Sequence record: OQ873415.1
Source: Escherichia phage PECP20
Reading direction: 5' to 3' (one strand)
DNA: 64,000 bases
Shown one piece after another: positions 34,032 to 44,056 of this stretch. Position 1 is the first letter of the stretch, and each line of letters opens with the position of its first letter. The translations under genes and the position numbers were made by a program. Below the pieces are notes generated by a model. That model saw only the letters and a list, made by a program, of their open reading frames with translations. It had not been told where the DNA came from and did no database searches.

Positions 34032-34658
34032 TTACTTACGAGTTTTTGCATACTGAGCAGCGTCAGCAGCCAAACGACCTGCTTGTCGAAGTTTTTCTTT
34101 AATCTCATCATGAAGTGGTTGAGTATACTTCAAACCTTCGATAGTCAAATAAAGACGATAAAGGTCTGGGGTATCAAGGTTGTTGATATGTTGGCCATTA
34201 CGAAGACTATTGAATTCACGAACGAGTGAAGATGTATCAGATTCAATATCACGAACAAGCGAAGATAGTTGTTTATATTTTTTTTCCAGGCTAGAAGTAT
34301 CAAACTTAAGAGCAGGAGCTTTAGGAGTTGCTTTTACTTCCGGCTTAGGCTCAGGTTTTGCTACTGCTTTAGGGGTCGCAGGTTTAGGAGTGGTAGGAGC
34401 AGGTTTTACTTTAGGCGAACCAGATTTAGCAGAAACACCACCACTAACAATATCTTTGAATGCTTTAGAAGCTCTGTAATATTCTTTTTGGCTGGAAGTG
34501 TCGATACCGTACATGGCTTGAACGTTTTTGAAAAACTCTGTACTAGTTTTTGTACCAGAAATAGCATCGTAAGCAGCTTGCCATTTCTCTTTTGTCATAC
34601 GTACACCGGCTTCGGTGATTACTTCCGTTTCGGCTAAAAATTCATTAAAAGTATACAT
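34032..34658 (-). CDS. Internal-protein-like head protein (208 aa) with capsid-targeting N-terminus (MYTFNEFLAE...) and Pro/Lys-rich low-complexity core
   Basis: Capsid-targeting consensus; preceded by late promoter TATAAATA. Confidence 0.55.
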   Translation of the reverse strand: MYTFNEFLAETEVITEAGVRMTKEKWQAAYDAISGTKTSTEFFKNVQAMYGIDTSSQKEYYRASKAFKDIVSGGVSAKSGSPKVKPAPTTPKPATPKAVAKPEPKPEVKATPKAPALKFDTSSLEKKYKQLSSLVRDIESDTSSLVREFNSLRNGQHINNLDTPDLYRLYLTIEGLKYTQPLHDEIKEKLRQAGRLAADAAQYAKTRK

Positions 34659-34693
34659 TGATGGTCCTTAGAAAGTAGGTTTATTGTTTACTA

Positions 34694-34701
34694 TATTTAT
34701 A
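34694..34701 (-). promoter_or_regulatory. T4 late promoter TATAAATA for the internal-protein gene
   Basis: Exact octamer on the minus strand about 35 nt upstream of the ATG. Confidence 0.6.
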
Positions 34702-34702
34702 C

Positions 34703-34731
34703 AAAAAAGCCCCAACCTTTCGGAAGGGGCT
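34703..34731 (-). terminator. Intrinsic terminator (GCCCC stem, then TTTTTTG) ending the tRNA/small-RNA transcription unit
   Basis: Hairpin plus U-run on the minus strand. Confidence 0.6.
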
Positions 34732-34740
34732 ATATACCTT

Positions 34741-34900
34741 GTCGGGGTTTCCACCTACTAGGTAAGTGTTTGTACGAAACGCCGGGATTCGAACCCGGTT
34801 ATTAAGCAGTTGACGCTACTCAATATTTTTAAAAGGCCATATCTCTACCATATCCGAACGTCCCGTCAAAAACGCTACTCGGCTTACGGCAAAGATATTT
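34741..34900 (-). ncRNA. tRNA-like element with canonical T-arm (CCGGG-TTCGAAT-CCCGG) but no canonical acceptor stem; possible small stable RNA or tRNA remnant
   Basis: T-loop consensus at complement(34781..34799); I could not fold a full cloverleaf; sits in a 330-nt non-coding stretch. Confidence 0.3.
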
Positions 34901-35033
34901 CCTCGAATCGATAATTCTGTGCGCCGTTTCTGCTGTGATGTAAGGGGATATTAACGAATCATAAAGATTTATTAAGACCAGTCCCTACTCAGGGAACATC
35001 AGTCCGACGACTTGCCGGTAGCGACCCGGCTTC

Positions 35034-35378
35034 TTATTTTGGCATATCATCAATTTGCTCTCGACGCCGACGCCATAGATTAATCGCTTCATAGGCACAT
35101 TCTGCGTTTGGTATATGACGGCAATAATATAATGATTCGCGTTTCTGGAACCGATGTTGTAATGGAATTTCGTTTAAAAGGTCTTTACGGTCAAAGTATT
35201 CAAAACTAGTTAACCCAGAACGGTTTTTAAGAAACTTCCAATGTCCGAATTCATTTTGAACATAGATGTAATCGGCATGCTGATACAGCGAATTAATCAA
35301 TCGATGAGAAATAACTGTATCATATTCGTTAAAATAAAACGTTAAATCATGAACTACCAGATAAATATTGCCTTTCAT
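35034..35378 (-). CDS. Hypothetical protein (~114 aa)
   Basis: Internal ATG with GAGGAAAAT ribosome-binding site; track start is TTG and would run into the tRNA. Confidence 0.45.
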   Translation of the reverse strand: MKGNIYLVVHDLTFYFNEYDTVISHRLINSLYQHADYIYVQNEFGHWKFLKNRSGLTSFEYFDRKDLLNEIPLQHRFQKRESLYYCRHIPNAECAYEAINLWRRRREQIDDMPK

Positions 35379-35396
35379 ATTTTCCTCACTTAAAGT

Positions 35397-35473
35397 TGGT
35401 CGAGACAGAAGGATTCTAACCTTCAACCTACGGATTAGAAGTCCGTTGCTCCATACAATTGAGCTATGCCTCG
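35397..35473 (-). tRNA. tRNA-Arg (anticodon TCT), CCA encoded
   Basis: Hand fold: acceptor CGAGGCA/TGTCTCG, D-arm GCTC...GAGC, anticodon stem ACGGA/TCCGT with loop CTTCTAA, T-stem GAAGG/CCTTC, discriminator A plus CCA. Confidence 0.75.
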
Positions 35474-35479
35474 AATATA

Positions 35480-35553
35480 TGGCCCAGACCAGATTCGAAC
35501 TGGTAACCTTTCCCTTATGAGGGGACTGCTGCTAACCATTGAGCTACAGGGCC
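35480..35553 (-). tRNA. tRNA with anticodon CAT (Met, or Ile if lysidine-modified)
   Basis: Hand fold: acceptor GGCCCTG/CTGGGCC (one U-U mismatch), anticodon loop CTCATAA, T-arm ACCAG-TTCGAAT-CTGGT; no encoded CCA. Confidence 0.7.
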
Positions 35554-35632
35554 TAAATAACTTTCTATTATGAAAGGCACTTTAGAGCACCTTTGGTAAT
35601 AGAGAGTATGAATTAATAATAACACATAATTC

Positions 35633-36148
35633 TTAAAGCAAATCAATCATTTTAACGGTTGGCAAAACGATTTCTTCTTCAATATAAGCAAATTCGACAC
35701 GTTCAACTACACGCAAGAAATCGTAATCATAGTATTCAGAAGCATAGCCAAGAATATCAATAAGTCCTTGAGATATCTCATCGCCTTTCACAAAGAACAG
35801 GTCGAATACGCGGGCTTCGTCTTCTTCAGATTTATCACCAAGGTCTACTTCGATGCCAAAGACCTTTTTAATAAATTCCGGTTGGAGTTGGTCTGAGAAC
35901 AGTCCTTCAACCAGATATTCGTAGATAATAAGCGAGCAACGACCGAATGGTGTATTACCGCAATAACGTTCGGCTTTGGTGCTAGAATGACGGCTCTTAA
36001 ATTTCTTCAAGAGATATTTAAACTGTTGGAGCTCATGCTCTTCCACTTCAAACAATGTTTTGGTTTTATAGTTGTCACCATCACTTTCATAGGTAGTGAC
36101 ATCAATTACGTAGCCCTTAGGAATTGTACTGCCTAATCGAATATTCAT
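35633..36148 (-). CDS. Hypothetical protein (171 aa)
   Basis: ORF track. Confidence 0.5.
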   Translation of the reverse strand: MNIRLGSTIPKGYVIDVTTYESDGDNYKTKTLFEVEEHELQQFKYLLKKFKSRHSSTKAERYCGNTPFGRCSLIIYEYLVEGLFSDQLQPEFIKKVFGIEVDLGDKSEEDEARVFDLFFVKGDEISQGLIDILGYASEYYDYDFLRVVERVEFAYIEEEIVLPTVKMIDLL

Positions 36149-36152
36149 TTAA

Positions 36153-36443
36153 TCACCGTACCATATTAATGTAATTATATTCAATGCAACGTAATTTCAA
36201 AGGATTCTTGAAAATATCATATTCAAGAGGGCCTTTTTCTGTTTCAATAAAGAAATCAAAGTTAACTGTGTTAAATTTATCATCTTCACAGAGTAATTTA
36301 ACCTGTGAAGACGAACGGTCAATGTAAACCTTTTCAACTTCAAAATATGTTAAAATGCCATAATCATCGATCAATGCTTTAGCTGCACGTTGATCGCTTT
36401 CGTATCCATTCTCGACAGATTTTACTTTAGCATAAAGAATCAT
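36153..36443 (-). CDS. Hypothetical protein (96 aa)
   Basis: ORF track. Confidence 0.45.
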   Translation of the reverse strand: MILYAKVKSVENGYESDQRAAKALIDDYGILTYFEVEKVYIDRSSSQVKLLCEDDKFNTVNFDFFIETEKGPLEYDIFKNPLKLRCIEYNYINMVR

Positions 36444-36802
36444 GAGTGTTCCACCACTTCAAAAGTATGTGCATTTACAATCTGGTACCAGTCAAAATTT
36501 TCTTCAGCATTTTTGTAGATTTCACGAAGAGCTTCAGCAGTTTTTCCTGTAGCAACAAGATCGTCAATACCGCCAAGAGGATAACAGTCGTAACCAGCAA
36601 ACAGAAGGAAATTAATAGTTTCTGTAGGTTCTGGATGCAGTGTACCATTGTCATCGACTACTTCAAAGAACATATAACCAGGCGATTTAGATTTAATCCA
36701 AGCCCATGCTTGAGCTGCTGAATCAAATGGTCTGCGTATCAAACGACAATCAGGGTCTTTAGAAGGATTTGCTTCAAAATCTGCATATACATGATATTTC
36801 AT
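36440..36802 (-). CDS. Hypothetical protein (120 aa)
   Basis: ORF track. Confidence 0.45.
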   Translation of the reverse strand: MKYHVYADFEANPSKDPDCRLIRRPFDSAAQAWAWIKSKSPGYMFFEVVDDNGTLHPEPTETINFLLFAGYDCYPLGGIDDLVATGKTAEALREIYKNAEENFDWYQIVNAHTFEVVEHS

Positions 36803-37009
36803 TTACTCACCTTTTGCAATTTTATCCATAACGATAGCGATTAAGCCGATTAGAAATGCTACTACCAATGAGATAGAGTTTTCAGTTGTTGTCAGTAGTC
36901 CACAAATGAATCCTACAAACATCGAAAAGCTAAAAGCCATTGAAGCAATTACTACAGCAACATTACGAATCAGTTCAGCGCGTTTCATTTTATTTCTCCA
37001 TTTACTCAT
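36803..37009 (-). CDS. Small membrane protein (68 aa, two transmembrane helices)
   Basis: Hydrophobic segments. Confidence 0.45.
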   Translation of the reverse strand: MSKWRNKMKRAELIRNVAVVIASMAFSFSMFVGFICGLLTTTENSISLVVAFLIGLIAIVMDKIAKGE

Positions 37010-37026
37010 TTTGTTTTGATAGGACT

Positions 37027-37056
37027 ATTATAACATAGTCCTATCGGCATGTAAAC
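37027..37056 (-). promoter_or_regulatory. T4-type early promoter (-35 TTTACA, 17 nt, -10 TATAAT) with inverted repeat ATAGGACTA/TAGTCCTAT around the -10
   Basis: Minus-strand read. Confidence 0.55.
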
Positions 37057-37059
37057 TAC

Positions 37060-37347
37060 TTACAGAAGAGTTTTTGCAATAATTTTAAGCTGAGCTACAG
37101 AAATGTGCTTAGCTTTAAACAGTGCAGTCTCTTCAGCCGGAGAGATAACAATAGTAGCGCCATCTTTCTTAGCAGACCATCCGTCCCCTAAGTAAACAGT
37201 ACCTTTTACTTCTTCACCGTCAACCAGACTAATCATTGGTTTACCCTCACGTCCTTTATTTGTTTTAATAACTTCAGAAGTAAGGGATGCTTCGGTCAGA
37301 GTAGAAACGTTAGCAACAGGTGATATAAATTCTTTATAGGTTTTCAT
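37060..37347 (-). CDS. Internal protein I-like head protein (95 aa) with capsid-targeting N-terminus MKTYKEFISP...
   Basis: Capsid-targeting consensus; same length and position (next to 57B) as T4 IPI. Confidence 0.6.
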   Translation of the reverse strand: MKTYKEFISPVANVSTLTEASLTSEVIKTNKGREGKPMISLVDGEEVKGTVYLGDGWSAKKDGATIVISPAEETALFKAKHISVAQLKIIAKTLL

Positions 37348-37380
37348 TTTATTTCCTTGGGGCTGTTTATTTGATAGGAT

Positions 37381-37410
37381 GATAGTAACACACCATCATC
37401 TTTATGTAAA
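37381..37410 (-). promoter_or_regulatory. T4-type early promoter (GTTTAC ... TACTAT)
   Basis: Minus-strand read. Confidence 0.45.
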
Positions 37411-37424
37411 CTGTTTTGTGAAAA

Positions 37425-38110
<686 letters not shown>

Positions 38111-38114
38111 TTTA

Positions 38115-38849
38115 TTACCTTAAGATTTTTTCAATTTTAGAATAAAGCTCTTCTAACGAGCCGTCGTTTGTAATAACTAAGTCGCCTTCTTCAATAGGCA
38201 ACCCAGCTTCTGTAATATGTTTATCAGTGGATTCCGTACCAGAGCGAACCACATGAATAACTGTAGCACCCATCGCTCTAGCGGTTTCCATTTCATGGAC
38301 TTGGCGTGTATCGGTCACAACGTAGTAATCGAAATCACTTCCAATATAATCCATATAGTTTAATGCAAAAAGCTTAACCCAATACATACGGTCAAATAAA
38401 TTAACGACAACATCCGTACCGAGGGCTTGCATAAGACGGCGGATCGACCATGTGTCGTTGATATTATTTATAGCTTCACGCAGGGCTTCATATGGTTTAA
38501 TATCTAGATATGAATATCCACCTTCTAACGATGATAATACTTTAACATTATTAATTGGTAAATATTGACTTTGTAAATAAATTAGCGCTTCTTCCAATAA
38601 TTCAATAACATCCAACTTATTGAGATTTAATGGTGTTTCACGGTCGTATCCAATGCCTTCAAAGTATTCGTATTTCAACTCTGTGAATACATCAGGATTT
38701 TCAGCATGTCTACGTCCCCAGGCTATTGCTAGAGCGTCTTTAATTGGATATGCTAATTGGTATTTTACGGATTTAAAGTTTGAATTGATGTAATCAGCAG
38801 TAGTGTCTTTACCACTACGTTTGATGCCACTTAAAAAGATTAGCTCCAT
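38115..38849 (-). CDS. 1: Deoxynucleoside monophosphate kinase gp1
   Basis: MELIFLSGIKRSGKDTTADYI... P-loop; similar in length to T4 gp1. Confidence 0.85.
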   Translation of the reverse strand: MELIFLSGIKRSGKDTTADYINSNFKSVKYQLAYPIKDALAIAWGRRHAENPDVFTELKYEYFEGIGYDRETPLNLNKLDVIELLEEALIYLQSQYLPINNVKVLSSLEGGYSYLDIKPYEALREAINNINDTWSIRRLMQALGTDVVVNLFDRMYWVKLFALNYMDYIGSDFDYYVVTDTRQVHEMETARAMGATVIHVVRSGTESTDKHITEAGLPIEEGDLVITNDGSLEELYSKIEKILR

Positions 38850-38902
38850 AGGTTTTCCTCATATAATTTATAAGTGATTATAACATACGGAGCTAGAAGC
38901 GA

Positions 38903-39487
38903 TTAACGCAAGGAAGGGTGTCTAGAAATGGATTTAGATTCGGCTGCTTGACGAGGCTGTTGAGATACAATGACTTCGCCGTCTTTTTCTATCGTCATAT
39001 ACGCGTAGTGAATAGTTGCTACGCACGTAACGGCAGGATCAGAATCTTCAGTGTAACTAAATTCAATTTCGCTCAAATCGGAAATCCATGGTTTATAGAA
39101 ATTTGCCGTCAAAACGACTTCAGTCTTATTGTTGTTTAAAATGTGCAAAGTAACAAACTCAGGACCATCGGCATGGGCTGTATTATGACCGGTTATATAG
39201 TTATTAGTGCTGAGCATCCATTTATACATGTTCATCCAGGACGTCATGTCTTCATCAACTATAAATCGTACAATAAAAGGGTCATATTCAAATGTAGTGC
39301 CTGCGCGCATTGCACGTCCTAACCCCATTGTGCCTGTCACAGTTTCAACAACAGGAATTCTCACACCTGGCAATGGTGCCGTTTGGGCATTGAGCACAAA
39401 ACCTGAAGTTCGTGTACTATCTGGGATATCCACAACAAAGTTTGTTATATTTGTTTGGTTAAAAATCTGTCTCGTTGGACGAGTCAT
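38903..39487 (-). CDS. 3: Tail completion / sheath stabiliser protein gp3
   Basis: Position between genes 1 and 2; size; start uncertain. Confidence 0.65.
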   Translation of the reverse strand: MTRPTRQIFNQTNITNFVVDIPDSTRTSGFVLNAQTAPLPGVRIPVVETVTGTMGLGRAMRAGTTFEYDPFIVRFIVDEDMTSWMNMYKWMLSTNNYITGHNTAHADGPEFVTLHILNNNKTEVVLTANFYKPWISDLSEIEFSYTEDSDPAVTCVATIHYAYMTIEKDGEVIVSQQPRQAAESKSISRHPSLR

Positions 39488-39589
39488 AAGCACCTCAAAA
39501 ACGCTTTAATAAAAATACAGTATAATGGTTTTAGGTCTCTTCCATTAATCCGGTTCAACAGAATATCAGAAGAACGGAAGAGAATAGAA

Positions 39590-40411
39590 TTAAGATTTCC
39601 AAACAGTATTCGCAGAGAAACGTTTTCCTTTTGACATAAATTGCTGAGTAGGTAACATGATTATGTTAGCCCAGTCTTTAGGAGCGATTTCTGTTATTGT
39701 TCCTCTAATGTGGCCTGGCAGGTATGCTTTAATCATTTTGTCAGCACCTTGAAATCCTTTCACCTTGCTCCAGTCTATCTTCAACTTTGTGTTATTAGTA
39801 ATAGTAGTTGTGCTAGCATATTGCTTCAGCAATTCTTCAAGAAACTGTTGACGTGCTTTAGGTGGGATATAGTGCAAGTTTAACCCGTACATCAAATTAT
39901 GTTTACCTAATCCTAAATAAATAATCAAAGGATATCGGTCCCAGTATGGCAGAGTATCTTTATGTTTAGCATCATACACGTAAGTATAAATTTTGCCTGG
40001 CGTAGGCTTGACTACTTTATGACCTTTTACACTTTTCTTAATTGTTTCAACAAACCACTTAGATGATTTGTTGTTTACTGCTGCGCCTTCATTTCTAATC
40101 TTTTCTCGTATTGAACTGCGAAACGAGTTTATCATCAGAAGTTGACGTTCTTGCTTATTGAGTTTATTTTTAGGTTTAGATTCAAGCGTTTCAATTTTCT
40201 GTGCAGTCTTAATAGATGATGCATATCTAGACATTGCAGATGTAAACGACGAGTATTTTATTCCTTTTGATTCTGCAAATGCTTTTGCAGTGATTCCTTT
40301 CTCTTTAGCTTTCTTGTATTCTAATCCTATCTCAATCCATTTTCTTTCATTCATAGACTGAGCAATCTTAGGGGCTTGTACGCCTTCAGATATAATTTGG
40401 AATATACTCAT
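39590..40411 (-). CDS. 2: DNA end protector protein gp2
   Basis: 273 aa; synteny between genes 3 and 4. Confidence 0.8.
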   Translation of the reverse strand: MSIFQIISEGVQAPKIAQSMNERKWIEIGLEYKKAKEKGITAKAFAESKGIKYSSFTSAMSRYASSIKTAQKIETLESKPKNKLNKQERQLLMINSFRSSIREKIRNEGAAVNNKSSKWFVETIKKSVKGHKVVKPTPGKIYTYVYDAKHKDTLPYWDRYPLIIYLGLGKHNLMYGLNLHYIPPKARQQFLEELLKQYASTTTITNNTKLKIDWSKVKGFQGADKMIKAYLPGHIRGTITEIAPKDWANIIMLPTQQFMSKGKRFSANTVWKS

Positions 40412-40413
40412 AA

Positions 40414-40863
40414 TTACCCCTTGTATCCGAGTTTCCTAAGTCCGTCTTCGGTTAGAACTCGAAATTTTATATTTCTCTTTTCTGCGACAGCAGAAGCAGC
40501 TTTCCATTTGTCGCAGTTCACAGACCAGGTGTATATTTCATTCATATAACGTTTCTTTGCTGCGGTCGTAAGATTTGCAGGCTTAATAGGTGGTTGAGTT
40601 TCTTTCTTTGGTTTTATTTCTACAAAGAACTCTTGACCTGATGCATCTTTCATCCATATGTCCATATAGTATCGACGTTTCTTACCTTCAGCATTACAAA
40701 AATATGGAATTACGGCTGTTTCACTACCCCATGCAATAATTTCCGGATTTTTATCCAACCATTCGAAAAAGAATTTTTCCCAGTTTGAACGATACGTTAT
40801 TTTGGTATGGTCTCCACGGTATTTTTTTAAATTTTTTGGGACCCATTTACCAGAGTAGGCCAT
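40414..40863 (-). CDS. 4: Head completion protein gp4
   Basis: 149 aa; synteny; divergent from gene 53. Confidence 0.8.
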   Translation of the reverse strand: MAYSGKWVPKNLKKYRGDHTKITYRSNWEKFFFEWLDKNPEIIAWGSETAVIPYFCNAEGKKRRYYMDIWMKDASGQEFFVEIKPKKETQPPIKPANLTTAAKKRYMNEIYTWSVNCDKWKAASAVAEKRNIKFRVLTEDGLRKLGYKG

Positions 40864-40874
40864 GTTGTCCTCCT

Positions 40875-40882
40875 TATAAATA
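40875..40882 (+). promoter_or_regulatory. T4 late promoter TATAAATA for gene 53
   Basis: Exact octamer about 40 nt upstream of the gp53 ATG. Confidence 0.65.
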
Positions 40883-40889
40883 GTATTAT

Positions 40890-40897
40890 TATTTATA
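40890..40897 (-). promoter_or_regulatory. T4 late promoter TATAAATA for gene 4 (divergent)
   Basis: Exact octamer on the minus strand upstream of gp4. Confidence 0.6.
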
Positions 40898-40924
40898 CCA
40901 ATTTAATATTGGAAGGAGACTATT

Positions 40925-41500
40925 TTGTTATTTACATTCTTCGACCCAATAGGATATAGTGCTAAAACAGTTGATAAGAATGCACCTACTATTCCTATGA
41001 CAGACATATTTCGTAACTATAAAGAGTACTTTAAACGTGTTGCTGCCAATTATAGATTACGTTCTTATTACATTAAAGGCTCTCCACGTCCTGAAGAACT
41101 AGCAAACATAATTTATGGCAACCCTCAATTATACTGGGTCCTTTTGATGTGTAATGATAACTATGATCCGTATTATGGTTGGATTACATCTCAGGAAGCA
41201 GCGTATCAAGCGTCTATTCAGAAATATGCAAATGCTGGCGGAGACCAAATTCTTTACCATATTAACGAGAACCGTGAGAAATTTTACAATTTAGTTTCAT
41301 ATCCAGACGAGCCTTTAGTGTGGTACGATAAAGGTGATGAAGCTCGTAAGTATCCGCAATATAAAGGACCTTTAGCTGCAGTAGATACTTATGAAGCGGC
41401 AATATTAGATAATGAAAAACTTCGTAAAATAAAAATTGTTGCAAAAGAAGATATAAACTCGTTTATTACTGATTTGATTCGTGAGATGGAGATTGCATAA
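40925..41500 (+). CDS. 53: Baseplate wedge protein gp53
   Basis: MLFTFFDPIGYSAKTVDKNAPTIPMTDIFRNYK... matches T4 gp53 N-terminus. Confidence 0.9.
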   Translation: MLFTFFDPIGYSAKTVDKNAPTIPMTDIFRNYKEYFKRVAANYRLRSYYIKGSPRPEELANIIYGNPQLYWVLLMCNDNYDPYYGWITSQEAAYQASIQKYANAGGDQILYHINENREKFYNLVSYPDEPLVWYDKGDEARKYPQYKGPLAAVDTYEAAILDNEKLRKIKIVAKEDINSFITDLIREMEIA

Positions 41501-43233
41501 TGGAAATGATTAGCAGTAGCCTTAATTGGTTCGTGGGTGTTGTTGAGGACAGAATGGACCCATTAAAACAAGGGCGAGTTCGAGTTCGAGTCGTTGGTCT
41601 TCATCCAGCACAGAGAGCACAAGGTGATGTACAAGGTATTCCTACAGAAAAACTTCCGTGGATGACTGTTATTCAACCTATTACGTCTGCATCAATTTCA
41701 GGTATTGGTGGTTCTGTTACAGGTCCTGTTGAAGGAACTCGAGTATACGGTCATTTCTTAGACAAATGGAAAACAAACGGGATTGTACTTGGTACATACG
41801 GCGGAATCGTACGTGAAAAGCCTAATAGACTTGAAGGTTTTTCAGACCCGACTGGCCAATATCCGCGACGTTTAGGTAATGATACGAACGTATTAAACCA
41901 AGGTGGTGAAGCTGGTTATTATTCAAACTCTAACGTAATTCAAGATAACAACTTGGATTATGGTATAAACCCAGATGATACAGATTTGGCAAATATTCCA
42001 GAAGATGATGACCCTAATTTTACAATAACAGAAATGTTACGTCGTGACGAAGGACTTCGTGATAAAGTGTATTGGGACCATCTAGGGTATCCTACAGTAG
42101 GTATTGGACACCTTATCGTAATGGAAAAGACCCGAGATATGTCTCGAATTAATAAATTGTTATCTGATCAAGTAGGGCGTGAAGTAACAGGAAATCCAGG
42201 GACTATTACATTAGAAGAAGCAACAGCGTTATTTGAGAAAGACCTTGCTAAGATGCAGAAAGATATTCGTTCTAATTCTAAAGTAGGTCCTGTTTATGCC
42301 AAAATGAATAGGTCTCGCCAAATGGCATTAGAAAACATGTGCTTCCAAATGGGTGTTGGCGGTGTAGCAAAATTCAATACTATGCTTAAAGCAATGGCCA
42401 CAGGTGATTGGAAAACTGCATACAAATCTGGGCGTGATTCGTTATGGTTCCAACAGACTAAAGGACGTGCTTCACGCGTAACAACAATTATTTTAACTGG
42501 TAACATGGAATCATACGGTGTTCCTGTTAAAACACCACCTTCGCCTGGTGTTGGTGCCGATTTAGTTACTAGAAATACAGATCCAGAAGACCCGGCTGGT
42601 CCTCCTGTTCCATTAGATTCGCGTATCCTTTTTAAAGAACCTGAATCAAGTTATCGCGGTGAATACCCGTATGTTCATGCTATGGAAACAGAAAGCGGTC
42701 ATATCCAAGAATTTGATGACACTCCAGGTAACGAACGTTATCGCTTAGTTCATCCAACAGGGTCATATGAGGAAGTTTCTCCATCCGGGCGTCGTACTCG
42801 TAAAACTGTAGAAGACCTTTTTGACATCACTAATGGTGATGGGAATTTCCTGGTTTCTGGTGATAAACTTGTTAACGTTGGTGCTAATGAAATATATTAT
42901 AACATGGCAGACCGCCTCCATCAAATAGATGGCAACGACACAATCTTTATTCGTGGCAACCAAGTTAAAACTGTTGAAGGCGATGGAACTCTTTACGTTA
43001 AGGGCAATATCAAAATAGTCGTTGACGGGAATGCAGATATTCTTGTTAAAGGCGATGCTAAAACTCAAGTTGAAGGGAATCATGACTATACTGTCAATGG
43101 TAATGTTAAATGGACTGTCAATGGTAATGTTGATATGACTGTTGCTGGTGATTGGTCGGAGACAATGACTACAATGAGCTCAATAGCTTCAGGACAATAT
43201 ACTGTTGACGGATCTCGTATTGATATTGGGTAA
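41500..43233 (+). CDS. 5: Baseplate central spike / tail lysozyme gp5
   Basis: 577 aa; internal lysozyme domain ...ITEMLRRDEGLRDKVYWDHLGYPTVGIGHL...; C-terminal beta-helix repeats VxGxxxxxV. Confidence 0.95.
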   Translation: MEMISSSLNWFVGVVEDRMDPLKQGRVRVRVVGLHPAQRAQGDVQGIPTEKLPWMTVIQPITSASISGIGGSVTGPVEGTRVYGHFLDKWKTNGIVLGTYGGIVREKPNRLEGFSDPTGQYPRRLGNDTNVLNQGGEAGYYSNSNVIQDNNLDYGINPDDTDLANIPEDDDPNFTITEMLRRDEGLRDKVYWDHLGYPTVGIGHLIVMEKTRDMSRINKLLSDQVGREVTGNPGTITLEEATALFEKDLAKMQKDIRSNSKVGPVYAKMNRSRQMALENMCFQMGVGGVAKFNTMLKAMATGDWKTAYKSGRDSLWFQQTKGRASRVTTIILTGNMESYGVPVKTPPSPGVGADLVTRNTDPEDPAGPPVPLDSRILFKEPESSYRGEYPYVHAMETESGHIQEFDDTPGNERYRLVHPTGSYEEVSPSGRRTRKTVEDLFDITNGDGNFLVSGDKLVNVGANEIYYNMADRLHQIDGNDTIFIRGNQVKTVEGDGTLYVKGNIKIVVDGNADILVKGDAKTQVEGNHDYTVNGNVKWTVNGNVDMTVAGDWSETMTTMSSIASGQYTVDGSRIDIG

Positions 43234-43236
43234 TAT

Positions 43237-43752
43237 ATGGCACAAATACTTCCTTTAAATACCGACTTAGGAGAAGACATGGAAGGGGCGTCTATTGACG
43301 TCCTTTTTACTCCGCAGCTAGAAACGTCCGAAACTTTAGTGTCAATAAATATAACAGATTATGAACCGACACAAGGCATTACGGTAGATGGTAATCGTTT
43401 ATATGGAACATATGAAAGTGTGTTTAGCTTTTCTTCGGATGCATTGAAATATCGATTAAATGATGATTTTAAAACTGCATCTTCATGGGATGATTTACCG
43501 AAAGATGAATCCGCACAGTTATATTTGTGGAGAGCTCCTCAGAATCTTCGTAAAGTGTTTAGTTATACGGTTGAAATGATTTATAACTACCAAGAAGAAA
43601 GTTCATCAGGCGGCTCAAGAAGTGACTCTAGTACAGAACCTCCGCCAGCTCCGGTACAAAAAACTCTTACTAAGGTTTATACAAAAACTATAGTAGGAAA
43701 TTGGAGCAAATGGGCCCAACAATTACGAAACTATGTTTATGCGAGGTCATAA
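43237..43752 (+). CDS. gp5.1-like protein (171 aa)
   Basis: Position between genes 5 and 5.4. Confidence 0.55.
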   Translation: MAQILPLNTDLGEDMEGASIDVLFTPQLETSETLVSINITDYEPTQGITVDGNRLYGTYESVFSFSSDALKYRLNDDFKTASSWDDLPKDESAQLYLWRAPQNLRKVFSYTVEMIYNYQEESSSGGSRSDSSTEPPPAPVQKTLTKVYTKTIVGNWSKWAQQLRNYVYARS

Positions 43753-43754
43753 AA

Positions 43755-44048
43755 ATGTCTGGATTAAGTTACGACCAGTGCGTTACAACAGGTCATGAAG
43801 CATGGCCTCCTACAGTAATTAATGCTTCTCAATCTAAAGTATTCACAGGCGGTATTCCTGTTCTTGTAGCAGGAGACCAAATAACACCTCATACAGAAAT
43901 TAAAAAACCGTACGAGACTCATGGTGGTGTTACTGAACCTCGTACATCTAAAGTATATGTCACCGGTAAAAAGGCCGTTCAAATGGCTGACCCAATTTCA
44001 TGCGGGGACACTGTTTCTCAGGCCTCGTCAAAAGTCTTTATAAAATAG
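43755..44048 (+). CDS. 5.4: PAAR-repeat spike tip protein gp5.4
   Basis: 97 aa from the internal ATG with GAGGT ribosome-binding site; synteny. Confidence 0.7.
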   Translation: MSGLSYDQCVTTGHEAWPPTVINASQSKVFTGGIPVLVAGDQITPHTEIKKPYETHGGVTEPRTSKVYVTGKKAVQMADPISCGDTVSQASSKVFIK

Positions 44049-44056
44049 GAATTAAA

